Below, piece after piece: positions 37,390 to 46,233 of a stretch of DNA of 64,000 bases. The notes beneath the pieces were generated by a model. The model was given only the letters and a program-made list of their open reading frames with translations, had not been told where the DNA came from and searched no databases. The DNA comes from Candidatus Iainarchaeum sp. (GTDB lineage Archaea; Iainarchaeota; Iainarchaeia; Iainarchaeales; GCA-2688035). The stretch lies in assembly GCA_017610205.1 (NCBI GenBank), contig JAFCCL010000005.1:1-64000 (forward strand), in the 5' to 3' direction. The first letter of the stretch is position 1, and each line of letters starts with the position of its first letter. The position numbers were made by a program, and so were the translations under genes.

Positions 37390-38325
37390 TTATACTCCGC
37401 CAATCATAAGCCCTGATGCAAATGCTGCAATATAGTAGCATATGAATGCTATTAACAAGAGGACTGGGATATATATAAGACTTTTGCTTATTTTTCCCTC
37501 TCTTGTAAGTGCAATCATTGCGCCTGATGCAACAACTTCTATTACTATGTAAATTTGTATTAGTATTACTATAATGTCTTTTGTTGCAACTGCCTGTACG
37601 ATTTCAAATTTGCTTTTTACTATTCCTGCAGATGTTGCAATTAGTAATTCTATGACTGTTGTAATCATTCCCATTATGATTGGTGCAACAATTGAGCCTG
37701 CTGCAACAATGAAAATTACTTGCAGCATTGTTCCGGCAATTCTTTCTCTTCCAATTCTGTGAAGTGCTCTTACGTCATCGGCTATTTCGTCAAGCACGTC
37801 AGCCAGTCCTGCTCCTGCTTTTATTGCGTCGTTTATTATTGCAACTGTTCTTCTTACAAGTACTGAGTCAACGTTTTCGGCAAAACTTGCAAGGCCGTCC
37901 TCCATGTTTTCCCCTTCTTCCATTTTTCTCAAAACATTTTCCATTTCAAAACTTAGCGGTCCGTATTCTGCAGTTGAAATTTCTCTCAATCCATATTCAT
38001 AGGTTCCGCCCGCTTTTAGTGTGTCAGCCAATTGCTTTAATGCATCTGGCAATGCTTCTTCTATGGAATTTATTCTTCGCATTGCAAGTATGTAGGGATA
38101 CCCAAGCATGACATCTAGTACAACCAGAAAAATAACAAATGCAACAAGTGGTGAAATTGGCAGACTGAACAAGGCAATTATTCCAAAGACTGCTATTGCT
38201 GCTACAATTGCGCTTATTGTTGACGCAACCATCCAGGCTACTGCAGGAATTTTGAATTTCACGTCTTTTAGCATGCTTTTGTAATTTTGAAAAAATGCAA
38301 ATCCCTCAATTTTTTTCTCGTTCAT
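37390..38325 (-). CDS. TadC/type II secretion F-family membrane platform protein
   Basis: IEEALPDALKQLADTLKAG, YGPLSFE, LADVLDEIADD. Confidence 0.9.
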   Translation of the reverse strand: MNEKKIEGFAFFQNYKSMLKDVKFKIPAVAWMVASTISAIVAAIAVFGIIALFSLPISPLVAFVIFLVVLDVMLGYPYILAMRRINSIEEALPDALKQLADTLKAGGTYEYGLREISTAEYGPLSFEMENVLRKMEEGENMEDGLASFAENVDSVLVRRTVAIINDAIKAGAGLADVLDEIADDVRALHRIGRERIAGTMLQVIFIVAAGSIVAPIIMGMITTVIELLIATSAGIVKSKFEIVQAVATKDIIVILIQIYIVIEVVASGAMIALTREGKISKSLIYIPVLLLIAFICYYIAAFASGLMIGGV

Positions 38326-38327
38326 GT

Positions 38328-39497
38328 TTATACCTTTGGTTGTGAGCTTTTTATATAAAATAAAAATATTATTAAAATAAATGGCATTATTACTAAAAAG
38401 AATGCTGCCATTATTGGTATGCCTAGTGGCAGCATTTCAAAGCTTGGCATGCTTGCTTTTATTGGGCTGTTTCTAATGCTTCCAAGTATTGCAACCATTA
38501 CTGGCATTACAATTGCTCCAAATATAAAAACAACTCCGAAAAAGTTCATTCTTTGTCCAAACTCGCTTACTGCAAGCCTTAGGTTGAATGAAACATCTTC
38601 AGCTATGTCGTTCATACTTTCGCTTAATCTTCCGCCTGTTTTTAATGCTCTTACTATGTGAACAATTGCGCTTCTGAGTGACTTGCTTTGTGTTCTTAAT
38701 GCAAGGTGCCTTAGTGCTTCTTGCGTATCAGTTCCTTCTTCTACTTCTGTTATAACTCTTGCAAATTCTTCACTTAATTCTCCATAGTCTGCCATTCCAA
38801 TTGCCTGTATTGTTCTGTAAAGTCCTATTCCTGCTCTTATTTCTGTTGCCATGTGCCTTAGTGCAAATGGAAGTTCTAGGCTTACTGCGTTTCCTCTTGC
38901 AACTGCTTTTTGTTTTGGAACAATGAGTATTATTATTGCTGTTATAATGAATGACAGTACTGCGATAAGAATTACTGCAAGTACTCTTGTTACTATTTGA
39001 ATGTCCAGAATTGTCATCACTGCTGCTGAAATAAGCAGGCTAATAATGAATACAATTGCTGATGCTGCAACTGTTAGTGCAACATATTGCTTACTGCTGT
39101 AATGCATATTTGCGCTGTAAAGATAAAAGGTAACCATTTCAAATTCGGGAAATTTTAGTATTACTTTTGCAACCGGTTTCAAAATTCCGCCAAGTTTTAG
39201 GTAAATTCCCGCCAGCAATTTTACCATTTTGCTTTTGACTTCTCTGAGCTCTTCAATGGTTTGTATTTCAATTTTTGCTCCCATGCCTTCTGCTATAAGG
39301 CCTCTTAGTTCTCTGAGGTTTCCTCCAACCTCTTCAAATTCAACTCCTTCTGCTCTGTATTTTTCACGCATTCTTTTTACAATTTTTTCAACCTTTTCCA
39401 TGTCAACTTCTATTGGTTCGTTTGAACCAGTAGCTCCTTTTTTTCCCTTGGCTTTTTTTTGTGAAATATTGCTTTTCAGTTCGTCAAGTTTTGCCAT
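38328..39497 (-). CDS. TadB/TadC-family membrane platform protein
   Basis: ELPFALRHMATEIRAG, YGELSEEF, GGRLSESMNDIAED. Confidence 0.9.
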   Translation of the reverse strand: MAKLDELKSNISQKKAKGKKGATGSNEPIEVDMEKVEKIVKRMREKYRAEGVEFEEVGGNLRELRGLIAEGMGAKIEIQTIEELREVKSKMVKLLAGIYLKLGGILKPVAKVILKFPEFEMVTFYLYSANMHYSSKQYVALTVAASAIVFIISLLISAAVMTILDIQIVTRVLAVILIAVLSFIITAIIILIVPKQKAVARGNAVSLELPFALRHMATEIRAGIGLYRTIQAIGMADYGELSEEFARVITEVEEGTDTQEALRHLALRTQSKSLRSAIVHIVRALKTGGRLSESMNDIAEDVSFNLRLAVSEFGQRMNFFGVVFIFGAIVMPVMVAILGSIRNSPIKASMPSFEMLPLGIPIMAAFFLVIMPFILIIFLFYIKSSQPKV

Positions 39498-42400
39498 TTA
39501 TTTTCCCCTGTATACAAATTCGCTTGTTTTTTTCTTAACCTCTTCCATTCCCCTTACTCCTTCTTTGCATATTCTTTCAAGGAAAACCTGTCTTTGATTC
39601 AAATTATCTTTAACTGCCTGCCTGCTTAATCCTGTAAAGTCTTGCAGTATTTTCAGAAACTTTATTGGAATATCTGTTTTTTCAAGCTTGTCTTTAACCG
39701 GGTCTCTTGCAAAAATTGTTTGGGTTTGCGCATGCTTTAAGAGAACGCCGCTTAATTCTGCAATTTCTGTAATTCTTCTTATTGTTCCTTTTCTTTTGTC
39801 GTGAATTTTGTGTTCAATAATTATAATGTCAAGACCTGAGAGCATTACCTCCGGAACGTTCATTGGCGGTGAGGTTACTCTAACAATTGTTTCCTGTGGA
39901 GAATTTGCATGGATTGTTCCCAAACAGTTTGAAACAATTATTCCGTTTGCGATATAATTATGGTTTCCTTCTACTGTTAAATCATAAACATCGCCTTCAA
40001 ATTCTTCTTCTTTAATTGAAACAATTTCTTCAAATCTTGTATCTGATTGTTCCATAATTTTTAACTGTTTTGAAGTTTCGTTTTGCAGCAAATCGCATAT
40101 TTTTGCAAGCTGTTTTCTTGAAGGTCTCCTGGCACTTGTTTCATATGACCTGATATTGCTGCCTGTTGTTGCTCCAAGCAAGGCTCCCAATTCATCCTGT
40201 GTAAATCCTGCTTCAAGCCTTGCATTTTTGAGTGTTCTTTCCATATTTGGAAACAAATCAAGGCTGTTTTTTGATTTTTTGACAAGTACTTCTAATTTTT
40301 CTTTTTTCTTTTTGTGTACAAATCCGATTTTTTCTTCAAACTTTTCAAGATTGTCTTTTCCATAGATTGATATTCTATAATAGGGTCTAATGTTTCCTTT
40401 ACCGTCTTTTTCCTGGGCATATGTTGACGAGGTTATACCAAATCTCATCAAAATTATTGGAAGTTTTCTTGCAAGGTCTTTGTTTGCTGTGCTGAACTGG
40501 ATGCAGTTTGCAAACAGGTTTACGTGGGCTTCACAGTCATATAATCCTTGTAAAAGCAAGGCTATTCCGCTGTCTTTTGCCGTAAGTGTTTTTTCAGTCA
40601 TTTTGAAGATTTTTGTTTTGTTTCCAATTGGCATTTCATATTCTTTATTTATTTTTTTAATCAGTTTTTTATCGCAAATCTGCACTCTTGAAAATCCCTC
40701 ATAATCAAATCTGCTTATTTTGTTTTCAGTCAATGGCAAAATTTCTTCTTTAAATTTTTTGATTAATGATTCTTCTTTGTTGACAAATTGAATTGCTTCT
40801 ATGCCAAGGTGTCCATCGCCATAAATCAAACCTGTGAGATAGGGCTGTAGTAGCTTTTTTTCAGCTTCAATTTCTATTCCTGTTGGAATAGCAATAAAAT
40901 TTCCTGTTTTTGCCTCGCATGCATTGATTTCCTGCAATCCATTACTGATTTTGTAAATCGGGTGGTCTTTTGTAAGTAAAAGTTCTTTTCCGCTCTTAAG
41001 CCTGATTTTACACAACTTTTCTTTTGTGCGTTTTCTCCAGACATGTGTTACTTTTTTGTTTTCAATTTTTAGGGTTTGTTTGTTTAACGATGGCACCATA
41101 ATTTTTTTGCCTGTTTCAACAAATTCAAAGTTACCTTCTTTCACAGGGTCTTTTTCTTCAAATTCTTTTTCTACAAGGTTTGCTATTTCGGAAATATTTC
41201 CATCGGAAAGTTGTATTAATGTGTTTCCAATTACCGCTCCATCGTGACCTGTATTTAGTGCTGTAAATAATGTGAATGCTTCATCGTGCCTTACTTCTCC
41301 GACAATTATTCTGTCTGGCCTCATTCTCAAACTGTTTTTTGTCAAAACGTCAAGTGTTAATTCGCCTTTTCCTTCAAGTCCTGGTGGCCTTGCTTCCAGT
41401 CTTACCCAATGCTTTAACGGCAAAGCAAGTTCTGCAGTGTCTTCTATTGTAACAATTCTTTCAGTATCCGGAATGAATGCTGCAAGGCAGTTTAATGTTG
41501 TTGTTTTTCCTGACCCAGTTCCTCCTGATATCAGGATGTTTGCCGGTTTTGCTCCAAGTCCGTCAACGCACAACCATAGGAAGGCTGCTGCTTCTGCTGA
41601 AATTGTTCCGTTTTTTATAAGGTCTACTATAGTGTAAGGGTCTTTTCTAAATTTTCTGATTGTAAGAGTTGCGCCTTCAACAGAGGCTGGTGGAATTGTT
41701 GCATTTACTCTGCTTCCATCAGGCATTCTTGCATCAAGCAATGGCGAGCTTATGTCAACACGTCTTCCGACATTTCTTGCAATTCTGTTAATCAAATCAA
41801 TTATTTCTTTGTCTGAATAAAATTCAATATTGCTTGACATCATTTCATATTTTCTGTGAAAAAGGTAAACTGGTTTTTTTGCTCCAATAACCATAATTTC
41901 TTCAAGGTTGTCGTCTACTACAAGTGGGTCTATAATTCCGTAGCCAACCATTTCTCTTATAACTGATTCTGCATAAAATGGAAACCTTCTTTCAGGAATG
42001 TGGAGTTCCGGGCTGTTTCTTAGAATTTCAAGAACACGCTGTCTGTAAACATTTCTTCGCTGTTCAATATCCCGTACTTTGTATGGGGTGATTGCAATTA
42101 GTCTTGTGGCAGCCTCTTTTATTGTGTTGATTACTGCTTTTTCCTGCTTGGTTGGTCTTGCCACTGGCACAACATAGTATGGCAGTGATTTTCCTGGCAC
42201 ACTGTAAATTTTTACGTTTGAATATTTTTCAATAAGTTTTTTTTCAGGTGCTGTTTCAAGTTCTTTTTCAACTGTACTTTTCTTTTTTTCGTCAGTTTCT
42301 TCAACAATTTCTTCTTCTGGAGGAAGTTCTGGAACTTTTTCCCGAATCGGTTTTGCTTCAGGTTCTGTTTTTACAATCGGTTTTGTTGCAGGTTCTGTAG

Positions 42401-42581
42401 CAGGTTCTGTTTTTGGCTTTGTTTCCGGTTTTGGAACGTGGCCTTTCTTTATTTGTTCAATTTCTTTTGGAACTTTTGCTCCCTGCTCTGCCTTTTTTGG
42501 GGCTTTTTCAGTTTCCAGTTCTTCTTTTTTAGCCAGCTTTACCTTTTTTATAAGGTCTGCCAAATAGTCTTCTTCTGCCAT
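39498..42581 (-). CDS. KlbA/CpaF-type pilus assembly ATPase with intein
   Basis: LDARMPDGSRVN, GGTGSGKTT, LRMRPDRIIVGEVR, TGHDG|intein|CLGTIHAN. Confidence 0.93.
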   Translation of the reverse strand: MAEEDYLADLIKKVKLAKKEELETEKAPKKAEQGAKVPKEIEQIKKGHVPKPETKPKTEPATEPATKPIVKTEPEAKPIREKVPELPPEEEIVEETDEKKKSTVEKELETAPEKKLIEKYSNVKIYSVPGKSLPYYVVPVARPTKQEKAVINTIKEAATRLIAITPYKVRDIEQRRNVYRQRVLEILRNSPELHIPERRFPFYAESVIREMVGYGIIDPLVVDDNLEEIMVIGAKKPVYLFHRKYEMMSSNIEFYSDKEIIDLINRIARNVGRRVDISSPLLDARMPDGSRVNATIPPASVEGATLTIRKFRKDPYTIVDLIKNGTISAEAAAFLWLCVDGLGAKPANILISGGTGSGKTTTLNCLAAFIPDTERIVTIEDTAELALPLKHWVRLEARPPGLEGKGELTLDVLTKNSLRMRPDRIIVGEVRHDEAFTLFTALNTGHDGAVIGNTLIQLSDGNISEIANLVEKEFEEKDPVKEGNFEFVETGKKIMVPSLNKQTLKIENKKVTHVWRKRTKEKLCKIRLKSGKELLLTKDHPIYKISNGLQEINACEAKTGNFIAIPTGIEIEAEKKLLQPYLTGLIYGDGHLGIEAIQFVNKEESLIKKFKEEILPLTENKISRFDYEGFSRVQICDKKLIKKINKEYEMPIGNKTKIFKMTEKTLTAKDSGIALLLQGLYDCEAHVNLFANCIQFSTANKDLARKLPIILMRFGITSSTYAQEKDGKGNIRPYYRISIYGKDNLEKFEEKIGFVHKKKKEKLEVLVKKSKNSLDLFPNMERTLKNARLEAGFTQDELGALLGATTGSNIRSYETSARRPSRKQLAKICDLLQNETSKQLKIMEQSDTRFEEIVSIKEEEFEGDVYDLTVEGNHNYIANGIIVSNCLGTIHANSPQETIVRVTSPPMNVPEVMLSGLDIIIIEHKIHDKRKGTIRRITEIAELSGVLLKHAQTQTIFARDPVKDKLEKTDIPIKFLKILQDFTGLSRQAVKDNLNQRQVFLERICKEGVRGMEEVKKKTSEFVYRGK
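39927..41237 (-). mobile_element. Ala1 (class 2, KlbA-type) intein, 437 aa, with LAGLIDADG and Cro/C1-like HTH
   Basis: Starts AVIGNT, TKDHP, GLIYGDG, LQGLYDCE, LKNARLEAGFTQDELG, ends IVSN|C. Confidence 0.9.
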
Positions 42582-42641
42582 ACCATTAACAAAAAGACAT
42601 TCTATTATATAAACTTTAATAGTGACCTTGTTTTGCTGTGG

Positions 42642-44366
42642 CTATTTTCTTTCCTTTATTTCTTCATACATTTTTTTTGTAAATTTGTCTGTTTTTATTT
42701 CGCCTGTTACCTTTCCATTTCTGGTCCTTACAGTAACAGTTCCGTCTTTTTGTTCCCTGTCTCCTGCAACCAAAATATAGGGTATTTTTTTCAGTTGTGC
42801 GTCTCTTACTTTTGCTGAAACGCTTTCCTGCCTTGAATCAACCAAAACCCTAAGTCCTTTTTCTTCCAGTTCTTTTTTTACTTTTTCAGCATATTTTACA
42901 TGTCTGTCGGCAATTGGAATTAAGGAAACCTGTGTTGGAGCAAGCCAAAGCGGGAATGCTCCGCCATAATGTTCAATCAATATTCCAAAAAATCTTTCAA
43001 GCGAACCATAAATAACCCTGTGAAGCATTACCGGCCTGTGTTGTTTGTCGTCTTTTCCAACATAGCTTAAGTCGAATTTTTCAGGCATGCTGAAGTCAAG
43101 TTGGATTGTGGCACACTGCCATGTTCTTCCCAAACTGTCCTTTATGTGAAAATCAATCTTTGGACCGTAGAATGCACCGTCTCCATAGTTTATTTTAAAC
43201 TTCATTTTCTTTTTTTGCAATGCTTTTTGCAATGAATTTTCTGCAACCTCCCACATTTTTTTGCTTCCCATTGCGTTTGCAGGCTTTGTACTTAATTCCA
43301 CATGGTAACTAAATCCAAACACTTTGTAAAACCTGTCAATCAGGTCAATGATGTTTATTATCTCCTGTTCTAGCTGCTCTTCTGTACAGTAGATATGAGC
43401 ATCATCTTGCGTAAACTTCCTTACCCTAAACAGCCCGTTAAGCACTCCGCTTAGCTCATGCCTGTGCACTGTGCCAAGCTCTGCCACCCTCATCGGAAGT
43501 TCCCTGTAACTTCTCCTTTTTGTTTTGTAAACAAGCATTCCTCCTGGGCAGTTCATTGGCTTTACTGCAAATTCTTCTCCGTCAATTTGCGTAAAGTACA
43601 TGTTTTCCTTGTAGTGATCCCAGTGGCCTGATTGTTCCCAAAGCTCTTTCTTCAAAATCATTGGCGTACTAATTTCTTGATAGTCTGCCTTCAAATGCTC
43701 TTCTCTCCAAAATTTAACCAATTCATTTAACACAACCATTCCCTTTGAGTGAATGAAGGCAGTGCCTGGAGCCTCTGCATGCATGCTAAACAAGTCCAAA
43801 GCCTTTCCAAGCTTTAAGTGGTTTCTTTTCTCTGCCTCTTCCTTCAAGTGCAGCCATTGCCTCAGCATTTTTTTGTCAGGAAAGCTTATGCCGTAAATCC
43901 TTTGAAGCATTTTGTTTTTTTCGCTTCCTTTCCAGTATGCCCCTGAAACGCGCAAAAGCTTTACTGCTCCTATCTTCCCTGTGCTTTCAATGTGCGGGCC
44001 TTTGCACAAATCGGCAAATTTTCCGCTTGTGTAAGTTGAAACTTTCTTTCCTGGCAATTCTTTAATGAGTTCAATTTTGTATGGCTCGCTTTTGAACTGC
44101 TTTAATGCCTCTGCCTTTTCAATGTCTTTTTTTACAAACTTTTTGTTTGCTTTAATTATTTCAAGCATTTTTTTTTCTATTTTTTTCAAATTCTCTGGCT
44201 TGAATGGCTTGGTGTCAAAATCGTAATAAAAGCCGTTTTCAATTGCAGGCCCAATCCCAAGCTTGGCTTTTGGATAAAGCTCTTTTACTGCCTCGGCCAA
44301 AACATGGCTTGTGCTGTGCCAGAAGCGTTTTCTGTCATCTGCCTTTTTCCAGTCAACTTTTGCCAT
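42642..44366 (-). CDS. thrS: Threonine--tRNA ligase (bacterial-type editing domain)
   Basis: WHSTSHVLA, DLCKGPH, KPMNCP, FTQDDAH, GAFYGPKID; start MAKVDW. Confidence 0.95.
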   Translation of the reverse strand: MAKVDWKKADDRKRFWHSTSHVLAEAVKELYPKAKLGIGPAIENGFYYDFDTKPFKPENLKKIEKKMLEIIKANKKFVKKDIEKAEALKQFKSEPYKIELIKELPGKKVSTYTSGKFADLCKGPHIESTGKIGAVKLLRVSGAYWKGSEKNKMLQRIYGISFPDKKMLRQWLHLKEEAEKRNHLKLGKALDLFSMHAEAPGTAFIHSKGMVVLNELVKFWREEHLKADYQEISTPMILKKELWEQSGHWDHYKENMYFTQIDGEEFAVKPMNCPGGMLVYKTKRRSYRELPMRVAELGTVHRHELSGVLNGLFRVRKFTQDDAHIYCTEEQLEQEIINIIDLIDRFYKVFGFSYHVELSTKPANAMGSKKMWEVAENSLQKALQKKKMKFKINYGDGAFYGPKIDFHIKDSLGRTWQCATIQLDFSMPEKFDLSYVGKDDKQHRPVMLHRVIYGSLERFFGILIEHYGGAFPLWLAPTQVSLIPIADRHVKYAEKVKKELEEKGLRVLVDSRQESVSAKVRDAQLKKIPYILVAGDREQKDGTVTVRTRNGKVTGEIKTDKFTKKMYEEIKERK

Positions 44367-44469
44367 ATTCAAAAATAAGCCCCTAACCTTATTTAAAATT
44401 GTGGTAATTTGCCTTTGCAGCCTTATTTCCACAGATACAATAAAATACTACTTCATCGGCATTTATAGT

Positions 44470-45258
44470 ATGGCAAGATTCCGTAAAAGAAAAACCCCTG
44501 CTCTTTTGCTTGAAAGAAGGGCAGCTGGAAGAGATGACATAAGGGAAAGAAATTGGAGCGAAAACCCTTTGGGAGAAGCCTTTACCAAAGAACAACTACA
44601 TGAGAAAACAAAACGCCTTAAGTTCTATGAGTCTATGGAGGAAGCAGGCAACCCAAAGCAGTACAGGCAGCACAAGATACTTCAGGGAAGGATAGCGCGT
44701 TTTATTAAAGCAAGGCCAAGTAGGCACTTGGGTATGGAAATTGTAAAAGGCCAAAAGCACGGCTATTACTACGTTAAAATAAAGAGTATTTCAACAGACC
44801 AGCCAATATTTATCAGGCTAGATAGGCCACACTTTAAGGAAGCGGTCAGCTTCCTGGAAAAAGGAAAGTCTACTGGAGAAATCCCTGAAATTTTGCGTGA
44901 AAGAAGACCGATTCGTGAAATGGATGACGTAACAAAAAGAGATTGGAGCAAAAACCGCTTGGGAAAAGTCTTTACCAAAGAACCAAAGAACCTAAAATTG
45001 TGTAGGTTTTATGCAACTCAAGAACAATTAGGTAATCCAGAGCTGTACAAGCAGCACAAACTGTTTGAGAAAAAAATAAGGTATTTAATTAGCGCCAGGC
45101 CAATTAGGGATAGCAGCATGACCATTCTGAAAGGCCGGTTTGGCAAATACTATGTTCGAATAAGCAGCAATCGAACAGACAGCTCTATATTAATCAGAAT
45201 AGACGAGCCAGTCTTTAAAAAGGCAGTCAAGTTCCTGGAAAAAAGTGGAAAAGCCTAG
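44470..45258 (+). CDS. Hypothetical basic protein made of two tandem ~110-aa homologous domains
   Basis: DD..R.WS.N.LG..FTKE...GNP..Y.QHK...ARP.R...YYV.I.S..TD..I.IR.D.P.FK.AV.FLEK occurs twice. Confidence 0.75.
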   Translation: MARFRKRKTPALLLERRAAGRDDIRERNWSENPLGEAFTKEQLHEKTKRLKFYESMEEAGNPKQYRQHKILQGRIARFIKARPSRHLGMEIVKGQKHGYYYVKIKSISTDQPIFIRLDRPHFKEAVSFLEKGKSTGEIPEILRERRPIREMDDVTKRDWSKNRLGKVFTKEPKNLKLCRFYATQEQLGNPELYKQHKLFEKKIRYLISARPIRDSSMTILKGRFGKYYVRISSNRTDSSILIRIDEPVFKKAVKFLEKSGKA

Positions 45259-46124
45259 GCGCCTTCCCTGTAAATTTTAACAATCATTACAACTGAAGCA
45301 AGTTCAATCCAGATTCCTAAAACAATCCCAATTATTGCTGTTGGGTCAACCATTTGTACCATTACAACAAGGCCGCCAACAATTCCCATTAAGAGCAGTG
45401 CTCCAAAATTTCTTAAATAATTTGCTTTTCCTGCTTCGTATCCTTTTCTAACACTTTCCAAAGCTGGTTTTTTTCCAAACACTGCTGTTGGAAACCATAG
45501 GAAAACTAGTGGGTTTACAAAAAGCATTATTGTTGCCATAACCGAAAATGCCAAACCAAGTACAACAAATACAGGTATTAGCCCATTAATTAATACTTCT
45601 GTAGAGTTTGATGCAAGTGCATTTGTAACAATATCCACTGGCAGTATATTTGTGCCAATTATGAATGACATTGCCGGAACTATTATCAAAAGCATTATGA
45701 TTGCACTTACAAGCATTTCAAGCAGGGAAACGCCAACAAGCGTTTGCCATTTTCCAAAAGCAAATCTTAAGTTTTCTTCAATTGAAACCTTTTTTTCTTT
45801 AATGTATTGGCCAAGGCTTTTGTAATAAAAACCGTTGATAATTGACAATGCCACAACAAACAATACAAGTAATACAAACACCCCAATTACTACGACTGCA
45901 ATTAACGGCGCAATAGTTCCTATTGCGGCAAATCCTGCGCCTATTACAATAAATGGCAGTGAAACAATTCCAATTGCAATCATTGCAATTATTCCAAAAA
46001 CAATTGCCATTAGCGGAACTACAAAAATGTTCAAGTCAAAGGTTGTTTTGATTGACTCTGAAAAAAGCTCTACTGCTCCGGCTGTTTTTTTCACAGCTTT
46101 TTTCGCAGTCTTTTTCCTTGGCAT
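45255..46124 (-). CDS. Multi-pass membrane protein
   Basis: About 6 hydrophobic segments. Confidence 0.8.
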   Translation of the reverse strand: MPRKKTAKKAVKKTAGAVELFSESIKTTFDLNIFVVPLMAIVFGIIAMIAIGIVSLPFIVIGAGFAAIGTIAPLIAVVVIGVFVLLVLFVVALSIINGFYYKSLGQYIKEKKVSIEENLRFAFGKWQTLVGVSLLEMLVSAIIMLLIIVPAMSFIIGTNILPVDIVTNALASNSTEVLINGLIPVFVVLGLAFSVMATIMLFVNPLVFLWFPTAVFGKKPALESVRKGYEAGKANYLRNFGALLLMGIVGGLVVMVQMVDPTAIIGIVLGIWIELASVVMIVKIYREGA

Positions 46125-46164
46125 AATGCATTATTACCGTGTTTCCTGAATAAATAACTTTCCA

Positions 46165-46182
46165 TTCACCGGAAACCTGCTC
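46165..46182 (+). promoter_or_regulatory. TTCACCGGAA motif upstream of nre
   Basis: TTCACCGGAAACCTGCTC identical (18/18) to 7195-7212; TTTAAT 30 nt downstream. Confidence 0.7.
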
Positions 46183-46233
46183 ACTGCTTACTATTTTAAT
46201 TCATTAATTAAAGAAATAATATAGTGGTAAAGA

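Noticed and set aside
42330-42440. DNA repeat element in the ATPase 5' region
   Set aside because: It encodes a low-complexity P/E/K/T linker (KPKTEPATEPATKP); ordinary coding repeat.
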